Shown here: one piece after another, positions 30,245 through 54,435 of the stretch
Layout: every line of letters begins with the position of its first letter
Numbering within the stretch: the stretch's first letter is position 1
Assembly (NCBI GenBank): GCA_963693365.1
Contig: CAVNZM010000004.1
Coordinates: 10,630,468-10,694,467, forward strand
Direction: 5' to 3'
Source of the DNA: Amoebidium appalachense
Taxonomy: Eukaryota; Protista; Ichthyosporea
Length of the DNA stretch: 64,000 nucleotides
Program-made: the position numbers and the translations under genes
The notes under the pieces: generated by a model
Databases searched by the model: none
Told to the model about the DNA's origin: nothing
What the model saw: only the letters and a program-made list of their open reading frames with translations

Positions 30245-32155
30245 CCGCGGTCCATGTGTGAAACGTGGGTTTGACTGCTGTCACGGGTGTAGCAAACCAA
30301 TCCACCGCCAAGTGCAATCCGAGTGTCTGCTCGATACGCTCGACCCCCGCAGGGGTAACCGACCACTCGTGGCGGGGATCAATCCGCGACAACCAATCCG
30401 CACGGTCGTTCACTTCGCCCGGAATGTATGACAGCTCTTGGGGCCAGGGGAGCCTCTTTTCCAAACACAACTGCAGCAGTTGCCATAGCACTCGCTGCAT
30501 GGCGGGGCTGCTGCTGCCCTTTTTGCGCACCGCGCCCAACGCGGCCTGGGCGTCTGACTGCCAGCGTACGCGCTGACGTTGGATTAGGGCCTGCATTTCG
30601 GGCCTGCGGTAGGCCTCGAGTAGGCCCTTGCACTCCGCCACTGCAGCCGCCCGCAGTGCATCGCTCTCCGCCCAACGACCGAAAGCCTCCACAACCTGCG
30701 TGGTTGGTAGGCCCAACTGTAGTACTGCCCCCCACCCGTGTGAGGTGGCAGCATCTGTGATGAGAGTGGCCGTGATAGGCTCAGGCCAGATTTCCGTGCG
30801 GGGAAGCCGACCTATTATACCCATGGTTTTACCGATAATGCGTAGCTGCCGACCCGTTAACCGCACAAAGCTACGCCAGTTCCCGCCGCGTAGAGCACCA
30901 TACACCGGCCGGACAACCGTGAGTACATGAGGCACCGCCGCACGCAAACTAACAACCAACCCTAGCCATCTAGCCACCTGCTTCTTTTCCACCCACCGCC
31001 GTCCTTTGCGCGCCTTAGCCATTAAAGAACGTGTTTCCCCCGATAATTTTTCCAAAGACGCCAATGTGGGAGACAAATACCCTTCCTCCAAATTTATGTG
31101 GATGCCTAAATGGTCGAGGGCACTCACTGGGTCCCAATGAGCCTTATTCGGATGCTTCGTAAGGCCCGTGACTTTCAACTCCTGCTCCACCACCTCGCGT
31201 GTGTCGAGTGCCCGTGCCGCCTGTTCGAAGATGGCCCAGTCATCGAGGAAAACCAACGAACGGATGCCGCGTGCACGTAACCGACGCGCGAACTCGCGCA
31301 TAAGGCGCATGAAAAAGTAGGGACTGAGGGAGTAACCGAAGGGAAGCACCGTGTACTGGAAGAGTTGTCCCCCCACACGAATTTGGAAATACTTGCGGAA
31401 CCGGGGTTGAATGGCTAGTGCAAAATATCCGTCTTCGAGGTCGAAACTGAAAGCGTGGTCACCCGGCTGCGCGAGCGCCCGCAAATTGCTGAGGGTTTCG
31501 TACTTGACTACCACGTGCGACGGCGTATTCATTCACAGGACGCATATCAATATTAATAATGAGCCGGACGTTTCCGTTGGGCTTCCGCAGCCCAAAAGAC
31601 TTCGAAACACACCATTTTGCGCTTTCAGGCACTGTCTCGAGGGCCCCCTTACTCACTAACCGTTCAACTTCCACTGCCGCTTCTGCCTCTGAAACTTCGC
31701 CGATATCCAGATAGCCACCTGCTTCAAAAGGGGCAGGACGCGCACTCTTCCATTCTGGTGTGATGCCGTACTTAATCCAGAACAAAACTTCTTTAGACGC
31801 ACCCCCACGCTCCCACTCATCTACACAGGCACGAACTCTCTGATACAATGGCAGTTGGGATGCATCACTTGCATCTCCCATCCTGCCTTCGAAGAAATTG
31901 AGACACTACACCTGTCTGCAGCACTACGCGCGCTCGCAAACAGTTTATCTACAACACTACGCGCGCTCGTAGAACCTAACTAGAAAGGGCCGCAGCCCAG
32001 TTGCCCTCAGGCCGTGGGTGCAGCTCACCCCTACGCAAATAGCTATCTATTTAGATTTACCCACCACTGCTAATTGCGCTCCACAACTGCTTCCCGGGCG
32101 CCACGCCGCCCTACCGAGCTAAGCCGAGCCTCCTGCCGTCTGTCGGCCCTCTACA

Positions 32156-32319
32156 GCTAAGTAGGGGCCGACGGGGAAACAAAGCTAAGACGAGTAGAAC
32201 GAGTCGCCGCCTATATACCATAGTCGGCTCCCTAGTGGCCACTGATTGTTGGAACACTATTCCAACCAATCAGTTGGCCTAAATACATCTCTAAATAGAG
32301 CTTGATGAATCAAGCGAAG
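32156..32319. repeat. Direct repeat A1 of the DIRS/Ngaro-type element
   Basis: Near-identical to 28330-28493. Confidence 0.92.
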
Positions 32320-32422
32320 TATTCGGCGATTTTGACGTCATTTTGGGAAAATGAGATTCCAATAAAAAATTTCAGGTGTCTGAATGCCGGGAAACTTGAA
32401 AAACCGCTTTTGGGGTTCCATT

Positions 32423-33113
32423 TAGGCCCTTGCAAAAATATCCCGAATATCTTTTGATATTCAGGGGCCAATTCGATACTTGATATATCTCGTGATATTC
32501 AGGGGCATGTCAAGATATATCAAATAAAAAAAAAGATATTCAGGGGACAGACCAAAAAATGATATATCAAAAGTATCTTTCTAGGTAGGATATATCACGG
32601 CTTTAAAAGCGGGATATATCTCTTGTTTTCAATAAAAAAAACATGTGAAAAACTCTACAAAAAGTTGTTTTTTTTACAGAAAACTCTTATTTCACACATC
32701 CTGCACTACTAAATCTTCTGTTTTAGCCTAAAAAGGGCCTACATAAAAGCGACCGGATTGCTTCGGGTTGTCCTTAGATTGACGATCTTGGGGTATATGC
32801 TCTCTGAAGCGATCTCACCAAAATAGCGGAAATCGAAACAAAACCCGTTTATTTCCTTATTTAGGTAAAAATAGGGATATTTTCGTGATATTCAGGGCGA
32901 AAAATCGGGATATCTCGACTTGATATTCAGGTCAAAGTCGATATATTTTTGATATATCCTGCGATATTCAGGGGGTCTTTAAGATATTTTTAAATGATAT
33001 TCAGGGGCTTTTGGCGGGATACTTTTGTGATATTCAGGGCAACATTCGATATTTTCGTGATATATCCCGAATGATATTCAGGGCAAAAACCGGGATATTT
33101 TTGCAAGGGCCTA
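32423..33113. mobile_element. hAT-type MITE (691 bp)
   Basis: Perfect 23-bp TIRs TAGGCCCTTGCAAAAATATCCCG / CGGGATATTTTTGCAAGGGCCTA, 8-bp TSD GTTCCATT (32415-32422, 33114-33121), and about nine subterminal GATATTCAGG motifs. Confidence 0.9.
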
Positions 33114-33973
33114 GTTCCATTACTATGCGAAACCACACTTACCTGAGCACATTTCTTTTTACCGACCGATTTTTGGTTGCGCGGGCATTTGTGTTAGTGG
33201 GATGGCGCCGTGCGTCATACAACTCCAATTTATATTCACGCTGCCAGCCTCGTGTAGATTTCAGCCCATGACCACGAGGGCATATGTATCTATACAATAG
33301 GTGTTTGACATCATCATACGATATATTTGCTTACTATACGACGTTCTCTGCCATCAGTGAATTTCCCTCCACAAATTTCCATTCAACACCAACCATGAGA
33401 TAACCGACCAACCGGTCCACTCAATCTCACAATGTCCCCACATGACCACCAGCGAGCCACAACCGCGCATAAACACACCAATTCATACACACATTCAGGC
33501 AAACACGTCCATTCAAACCATGATAACAATGTCATGAATTAGAGCGTCACATTCAGCAAGCAAGCTCATTGCATTTCGTAAATTTCGAGGCTAAACCCCC
33601 CTCAACCCCCCTTACTTAAACCCCAGCAACTTCCAACAGAGACGTATGGTGAGTGAGGCATCAGCACCACTCAAAAGTGCACGTGGATCAACAAACACGC
33701 CTTGGCAAGCCAAAAAAGACCAAGCCCAACATATCAAAACCCACTGTGTAAAAAGAAGAAGAATGGGGGGGGAAAAAAAAAATCTCCATATATCTCCACA
33801 TGTAATGGATACAGTGCTATCTTGTAACTTCGTTTTCTACATGTGTATCTTATTGGGCGGAAGTACTGTTGGCCTTGGTGCCGACACCTCTCACAGCTCA
33901 CATAATGTCGCACATTCCCCGCAAACCCATACATACTCAGGAGGATGAATTCTGGCCATAAGAGTACTCTCTT

Positions 33974-46756
<12,783 letters not shown>

Positions 46757-47032
46757 GGATTTGGTGAGGATTTCTTTTCTTTTATTTTTTTCTTTTTTTG
46801 GGGGGGGGGGGGGAGGGGGGGGGGGGGGGGGGGGGGTATAGTAGTGGTTGTCAGGGAAGTGCGACTAGAGAAAAAAAAGCATACGTACACCCCCGCACCT
46901 ATATTTGGCAAGAAATAAAATAAGAGCGATGTCATGAAGGAGCACCCGGCTGGGTAAAGTTCTCTCACACTGCCCAGGTTTTTTTTTTGTGCCGTCAGCT
47001 CAAAGCTTTAACTTTAGTGGCTCACAAAGACA

Positions 47033-47065
47033 GTCACGTGACCAAATAGTGAGCCCGATTGGTTG
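47033..47065. promoter_or_regulatory. Palindromic E-box (GTCACGTGAC) plus CCAAT box upstream of the FATP gene
   Basis: GTCACGTGAC at 47033-47042 and GATTGG near 47057, about 280 bp upstream of the FATP ATG. Confidence 0.4.
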
Positions 47066-47140
47066 AATGCGCACCATGGCTCAGAAAATGGGTATTTCAA
47101 ATGTCAGCAAGCACACACTCAAACACACACACACCACGCG

Positions 47141-47175
<35 letters not shown>

Positions 47176-47965
47176 GAACTCCGGTATCATTTAATGTAGA
47201 TATCTGTGAGTAAAAATAGCCGATAAAGGCACTTATTTTTGATGCGATAAGAGGTTATACCTTTTCATGCTTGTTTTTATTTACTTAGGTCAGACATACA
47301 AAATAGAACCTGTTTCGATACCTTCGTGGTTTCCTGATCACGCATGTCAACAAGATTGCCACTGTAGGCAAGCCCCCCCCCTCTCCCCCCCCCCCCCTAC
47401 GGAGGCTCCCAAGCACACATACACACACGAGATTCACAGAAGACGAAGGGACGAACTTCAAGTGAAAAAGGACAAGGAAATGAGAAGAAATAAAAGTGGA
47501 GAAGCCACACATACGGGACACATGCACACATCAAAAACCAGAAAAGGGCGGAAAGGGACAAGGAGAGGGGCAAACAAAAAGAAGCAAATGAAGAAGAAAG
47601 AAAGAGTAAGAGTGAAAAAAAAGACGGCAAGAAAGAAATGGAATGGAAAGAAAAAGACTGTGAAGAACCCTGAAAATATATCGGAAAACGAAACAAGAGA
47701 AATTTTACGTTACAAAAACGGTGTCGTTGTTAGCAGAAATAAACAATATACAAAATACGAGGATCTCGTCGGCTATATGTATGTTGATACGTGGATGTAT
47801 GTGGGTGTGTCATGTCGGCATGCACAGGTATTCACTGTGTGTGTGTTTGCGCACATTCTGTGTTTGCACACACAGTGCCGCATGTGTTGTGTCCATCACG
47901 TAAGGATATTCATCTTCGTGTGTGCATGACATGAGCTGGCATGCACCGTGCGCACGTGTACGTCC

Positions 47966-48184
47966 TCATGCCAGTCCCAGTTTGCTGCGCTCTATCTCCA
48001 CCTGCATCACACCACATGGTTAGTCCTCTAAAAAAGTAGCCACGCACGTCGTGGGCCCTCCCCCCCCCCCCCCCCCCCCCCCCAAACACGCACACACAGG
48101 CACACACCCAATGACAACCACTTTTTCCTAGATTGAGAAGAACGTAAGGTGGCGGTGTCGGTGATGGTGGTGTGTGTGTGTGTG

Positions 48185-48219
<35 letters not shown>

Positions 48220-49158
48220 TGTGTTTTCCTCCACAATACGCGACAGTATTGACCCCATTCACCTCAGGGAGGGGGGAGGGGGGGGGGGGGGGGATGCATC
48301 GCGCATGTGCTACATTTTTTTTTTCTGTGTGCAAGCATGCAGACACAGGGTCTCAAGTGTTTGCGTATGCCCGTGTGTATGTGCAAGTGTACATGGGGGT
48401 TTACACTGCCTACTTGGAGCACAGAAGTGTATAAATGCGTGTGGCCTTTTCTTTGAGGTGTTCGGGCACAATAACAGAGACGGTGGGGGGGGAAGACCCG
48501 AAGATGAATGCCGGGTGAGAGAGGAGGGAAAATGGGACGGCAGCCCACCCGGGGGTGGCGGGGGTGGCCGAGGGGAGGCCGGGGGGAGGGGGGGGGGGGG
48601 GGGGGGTTTGAATGCGGAACACAGTACGAAGTACGCATACACGATGAGAAGCATGGTGCAGGACACATGCAAAGGCAAACATTCAAGTATGCAGCATCAG
48701 CCATGCGCACAGTATGCGTCATAAGCAGAGCCCATCCTCAGGGAGGGCCCAAGTCATCAATTGCGTCTGAGTTTCGACCCCTTAGCCCGCGTATATACGA
48801 CGCTCCAACTCAGACAGCAGCATCAACTGAACTTGGGTGGGTCAACCCGTCTTGATCAAAGACGAGCAGGGTTGCTTATGCAAGCAAGGTGAGCAAAACG
48901 GTGAAGATGTATGTGCAAACTAATGCAGTGCAGCGACAAACGCGTATGTGCTTACAGATGCACGACACAGAGCAACCATGCCCGGTTGCATGGAAGTAAA
49001 GATGTCTGGGGGAATGATATGTAGGGGCACGTACGACTTTCTGTATGCGGGCCTGGACGACCTTGTCTTCACTGTGCACATTCTCGGGCTTGTATGGCTC
49101 CTGGATCACTACGGACTCAAGCACGACCATGTTGATCCCATGCCAGCGGCACGGGTGT

Positions 49159-49246
<88 letters not shown>

Positions 49247-49352
49247 GTGTGTGTGTACGTGTGTGTGTGGGTGTGCGTGAACGCGTGTGGCTTGCGCGTG
49301 TATGCGTACATGTGCCCATGTTGTTTTTTTTTCCTCGGAGGGGGAGGGGGAA

Positions 49353-49385
<33 letters not shown>

Positions 49386-50604
49386 CTTGTCAGAAATACT
49401 AACTCATTCGACAAAGGGACAACAGTGTGGAAAACACTACTTGCACACTAACCCAATATTAGGTCACATCTAATAAATGCAACTTAAGCCATTAAGGGGT
49501 TGAGGGTGGGCTTGTGAGCGTGGGGGTCAATGTGTGCACACGTGTAGGAGCGTTCGAGTGATGCATATGGGTTAGTGAGCGTGATTCTGCTACAGGGTGT
49601 TATGATGATGGTGGTGGTGGTGGGAAGGCCGGGGACGGAGGGGTTAAATGCAAAATGCAAAATAAGGCACCGGGGGGAGGGAAGGGGAGGGGCGGGGGGG
49701 TTATATGTAGGAACATCGGACCCATGCAGCTGTCAAGGGAAAATGGGAATTGCCATCCAGCCGGGCAAAAAAGAAAAACTTTGTACCCTGTGCCTTCTAA
49801 AAAGCATCGGTCAGCCCTCCCCTTCCCTTTCACCCCGCCATCCCTCTCCCCCTTCCTTCTCCCACCCACACATAACCAGAATCCAAATCCACACATACCA
49901 CACTATCACCCCCACACCGCCCTTTCTTCCTGGTGTATTGATGTTTGCATGCAGGGGGGGGGGGGGGGGGACCACTCACGTGCGTGATATGCGGTTGAAC
50001 AGTGCCTGGGCATCAGGCGAGGCATTTGGATTGAGTTTGCTGGCTGCAACCTTACTCTGTGTGGTCATGGACAGGGCAAAGAGGGGGGGGGGGGGGGGGT
50101 TTGAATGCGGAACACAGTACGAAGTACGCATACACGATGAGAAGCATGGTGCAGGACACATGCAAAGGCAAACATTCAAGTATGCAGCATCAGCCATGCG
50201 CACAGTATGCGTCATAAGCAGAGCCCATCCTCAGGGAGGGCCCAAGTCATCAATTGCGTCTGAGTTTCGACCCCTTAGCCCGCGTATATACGACGCTCCA
50301 ACTCAGACAGCAGCATCAACTGAACTTGGGTGGGTCAACCCGTCTTGATCAAAGACGAGCAGGGTTGCTTATGCAAGCAAGGTGAGCAAAACGGTGAAGA
50401 TGTATGTGCAAACTAATGCAGTGCAGCGACAAACGCGTATGTGCTTACAGATGCACGACACAGAGCAACCATGCCCGGTTGCATGGAAGTAAAGATGTGG
50501 GGGGGGGGGGGGTTATGGTGCGTCACACAGACCAAATGGAGTGGTACATTACGAACAGTATCAGCACAGCATTGCATGGTATGTCAACCGAACCAACAGA
50601 ATAA

Positions 50605-50681
<77 letters not shown>

Positions 50682-53600
50682 GTTTTTTTGTTTTTTTGTT
50701 TGTTTTTTTTTGGGGGGGGGGGGGGGGGGGGGGGGGGTTTGAATGCGGAACACGGTACGAAGTACGCATGCATGACGAGAAACATGGTGCAGGACACATG
50801 CAACGGCAAACATTCAAGTATGCAACATCAGCCACGTGCACAGTGTGCGTCATAAGCAGAGCCCATCCTCAGGGAGGACCCAAGTCATCAATTGCGTCTG
50901 AGTTTCGACTCCTTAGCCCGCGTATATACGACGCTCCAACTCAGACAGCAGCATCAACTGAACTTGGGCGGGTCAACCCGTCTTGATCAAAGACGAGCAG
51001 GGTTGCTTATACAAGCAAGGTGAGCAAAACGGTGAAGGGGGGATGGAATACAAAGCACACAAGTTGAACGATAGTGAGTGTGGTGCGTAACGTGTGCACG
51101 GTCACGTGCCAGTCCCGTTGAGCCATGACTATTCCACGGGTGTGTACACTTTTACCCGTGCACGCACATGTGTGCCTGTCTTTTGTAGGTAGGTGCATGT
51201 GTGCTGGTGCGACTGTAGCATGTGTCATTCAGCATTAGAATTGATTGTTGTGTGTGTACATGTGTGTGTGTGTGTGCGTGCGTGTGTGCATGTGCGTGTG
51301 CGTGTGTGCGTGAGCGTGCATCTGTGTATGTGTGCGTGCGCGAGTGTATGTGTGTGTGCGTGCGTGCGTGCGTGCGTGTGCGTGTGCGGGCGATTTTAGA
51401 GTCTTTATGTTCGTGCAAAAAGAATCACAATAGATGTACCAGAGGTGTGTGCATGTATTAGTACCTATGTATGTGCACGTGCCGACCCGCATGCATTATG
51501 TGCGTGCACGAGCCAACCCCGATGCATGTGTGCGCACGTGACCCTACCTCCTGCAAGCGTCTCCTCTCCTTTTCTCTCAACTTGTCAAGGTCTACCCGGG
51601 GCAGGGGGCCAGGATAATGGCCCACACCTCCCTCATACTTGAAAGTCTGCACACGGTACACGTCAGCAACCTCAAACGTAACATGGGTGTTGTACCGTAC
51701 GGTGGAGAGAAAAAGCAACTGTGTTGTGAAGGTCATTGGACACACAAACGATTTTTTATTTTCTGTTCTCACCTTTTTTTATTCACTCACTCACTCTCAC
51801 TGTCGCATAGCCGTGCCCTTCGGCCGTGAAGGAAGGTCATCGATCGTGCGAGACGCGGCGTGTGTGTGTGTGATCATGCAGCGTGAGAGCTATCCTGCCT
51901 GTGAAGTGCGTATCTTGAGTATTGACTCTGTATTTGGATTGGATAGTCGAACCTCTATTGTCTATTGGTAGACTAGACTAAGTGAGCTGAGCTGATTGGC
52001 TGGGTACCAAGGTTGTGGGTAGCAGCCAGGGTATATAATAGGGGGCTCTTTGCCAGTAGCAAAAACACTTAGCTGGCATCACTGCCGATGTAAGTAGACA
52101 GACTAGAGCTCAGTAGTGTGCGGGTTGGGGCTAGCTTGAAGCCGTCCATCAACCCCCTTATGATTATCAAATACATACGCAGCACATAGTGACGATACAA
52201 CACTGGTGGAGGTCCGGGGTAACGATCCCCGTGTCTCTCGCAGCAATTGTCCAAGCCAAAAGAGAGAAGATACGTTAACCTATGATATTCTTATGTGGCT
52301 TGTTGTGTTGCACAGAAATGATCCCAACTATGCCCCTCACATCCTTCCTCCCGACGCGCCTGCATACACACACTCTGTAAAACATATAAAGAAAATTGCA
52401 CAGAACTGTGTTGTGGAAGATGGTGTGTTGTATTATGTGGGAAAGGACGGGTATAGACGCTTATTTGTGCCAGAAGTGCTCCGTGCAGAAATATTAGCAT
52501 CTGTGCACGAGGCTAGTGGGCACTTAGGAGTGGAAAGAACGTTTCTCAGGCTCAGACATTATTATTGGCCGCAAATGTATTCAAGTGTTCGTAATTGGGT
52601 GCTTGCATGTCCTGCGTGTAAAGCAAGAAACACAGATCCACGTTTGAAAGTGCGCCCAAGCGAACAACGATTTGAAACATATGGCTTATTTAACAGAATT
52701 TCTCTCGATTAATGGGCAAATTTAAAAAGACTAAATCAGGAAAACAATATATATTTGTCTTTATGGATCTTTCTACTCGGTACATGGAGGTCATACCTAC
52801 GCAAAGAAGGAACCAGTCATAATAGCACAAGCACTTGTTGAGCGTATATGTTTGCTATATCGGCCTCCTCGTTCCATTCTAACAGATCAGGGAGATGAAT
52901 TTGTTTCCGAAGCAGTAGTAGAAGCATGCAGAATACTTAACATCGCGCGTGCTACTACTAGTGCTTGGCATCCTCAGACTAATGCAGCACAGGAAAGGGT
53001 GCATAGAACATTGAATAATTCTCTCTCTAAGTATGTTGATTTTGAGAAAATGGAATGGGAAGAAATTTTACCGTTTGTGGTGCATGCATATAATATAACA
53101 CCACATAAATTACTCCAAGTCTCACCCTACTATCTTGTTTATGGACAGGAATGCCGAGAGCTGCCGGATTCAGCACTACTACAAGAAAGCCCGGCACTCA
53201 AGTACGAGCAGTGGGAGACTTTCCGCCAGTCTGCTGAAGAGACTTCCCGTCTACCGCGCCAGTCGTGCAGCAGAGACTTCGTCTGACCGCACTATTCCTT
53301 CCATCGCCCGTGTCTTCCGCCCAGTCGACCAAGTATCAATACGAAACACGGCGGAGCACCCAGCGAAATGGGATGCGCGATGGCTACATGGTTTTGAGAT
53401 TGTTGAGCGCACAGGCCCGGTGTCGTACACTCTTCGCAACATCAAAAAGCACAGCGACGTACGGCGCTTTAACGTCAACGACATTTAAGTTGGATGTCGA
53501 CGAGATTACTCGCCAACAGTACCTCGATACTAGCCATCTACCCGACACAGGCCAGAGTCACGGTTGGAACACGGTTCAACCCGGCGAATTAGAAATTGAG

Positions 53601-54352
53601 AAAATATTAGATATGCGAGATATACGCAAACGGCCACGAAGCGTACCACAAAAACAATACTTGGTACGATGGAAAAATCTTTCGCCAGAATGGGACAGCT
53701 GGGAATGTGAACATGTACTCAACTGCCCGGATTTATTGCGAGAATTTCACGAGGCACGCGGACTACCACCACCACCATAACACTATTACTTTGTGTGTGA
53801 TATCGGGGCGATATCTTCAATGAGGGGGAGATGTCGTATAGCCGTGCCCTTCGGCCGTGCAGGAAGGTCATCGATCGTGCGAGACGCGGTGTGTGTGTGT
53901 GTGATCATGCAGCGTGAGAGCTATCCTGCCTGTGAAGTGCGTATCTTGAGTATTGACTCTGTATTTGGATTGGATAGTCGATCCTCTATTGTCTATTGGT
54001 AGACTAGACTAAGTGAGCTGAGCTGATTGGCTGGGTACCAAGGTTGTGGATAGCTACCGCAGCAGCCAGGGTATATAATAGGGGGGCTCTTTGCCAGTAG
54101 CAAAAACACTTAGCTGGCATCACTGCCGATGTGAGTAGACACACTAGAGCTCAGTAGTGTGCGGGTTGGGGCTAGCTTGAAGCCGTCCATCAACCCCCCT
54201 TATGATTATCAAATACATACGCGGCACATAGTGACGATACAACACTCACACACTCACACACTCACACACTCTCACTCACTCTCACACTCACTCACACACA
54301 CACACACACATTCACACTCACACACACACACACACACTCACACACACACACA

Positions 54353-54435
<83 letters not shown>

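Larger units (their letters stand above)
28597..31881 (-). pseudogene. DIRS-type pol (RT - RNase H - Dam-like methyltransferase domain), disrupted
   Basis: RT motifs KPNGNVRLII..DMRPVN, FSFDLEDGYF, LPFGYSLSP, FLDD. RNase H motifs LITDAA..GWG, SDAQ, YIPGEVNDRADWLSR. MT motifs VDWFA...WWAPPFPLI...GILVVPVWDTALWWP. One frameshift near 31510 and a 1.35-kb insertion at 28905-30244. Confidence 0.88.
27926..32323 (-). mobile_element. DIRS/Ngaro-type (tyrosine-recombinase class) retroelement with split direct repeats; encodes pol only
   Basis: 164-bp direct repeat A at 32156-32319 and 28330-28493. Short repeat B, TAGATA(TA)TGTTGTTGCT, at 28498-28513 and 27930-27947. Order on the minus strand is A1-pol-B1-A2-B2. 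TATT occurs at both outer ends and CATT at the internal B1/A2 junction. Confidence 0.8.
27350..33217. mobile_element. Non-autonomous TIR DNA element with TA flanks, hosting nested insertions
   Basis: Left end TA|TGACGCACGTCACGATCCCACTAACACAAAATGCCCG; right end reverse complement TA|TGACGCACGGCGCCATCCCACTAACACAAATGCCCG. Native length is about 0.77 kb once the inserts are removed. No transposase. Confidence 0.7.
51801..54244 (+). mobile_element. Ty3/Gypsy chromovirus LTR retrotransposon, internally deleted (integrase plus chromodomain only)
   Basis: LTRs 51801-52202 and 53832-54244 (TG...CA, highly similar), 5-bp TSD CTCAC, PBS from 52204, and PPT GAGGGGGAGA before the 3' LTR. Inserted antisense in LSM12 intron 2. 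Confidence 0.93.

Noticed and set aside
27111-33271. Further outer hAT-like ends CAGGGCTGGAAATT ... GATTTCAGCCCATG
   Set aside because: The inverted match is imperfect and there is no 8-bp TSD.
48720-48880. Assigning the repeated RNA to hammerhead, HDV-like ribozyme, U3, canonical C/D snoRNA, telomerase RNA or a tRNA-SINE
   Set aside because: CUGAGGA and GAAAC are not in hammerhead order. The GCUAA resembling HDV J4/2 is not kept in copy D, and P3/L3 are absent. There is no U3 box A or terminal C box, and only AACCCU of a telomere template. The A/B-box-like motifs are imperfect and too far inside.
48508-50986. Repeated plus-strand ORFs ending ...[15 protein letters not shown]
   Set aside because: The frame is not preserved in diverged copy D, and the substitution pattern fits RNA pairing on the opposite strand rather than codon conservation.
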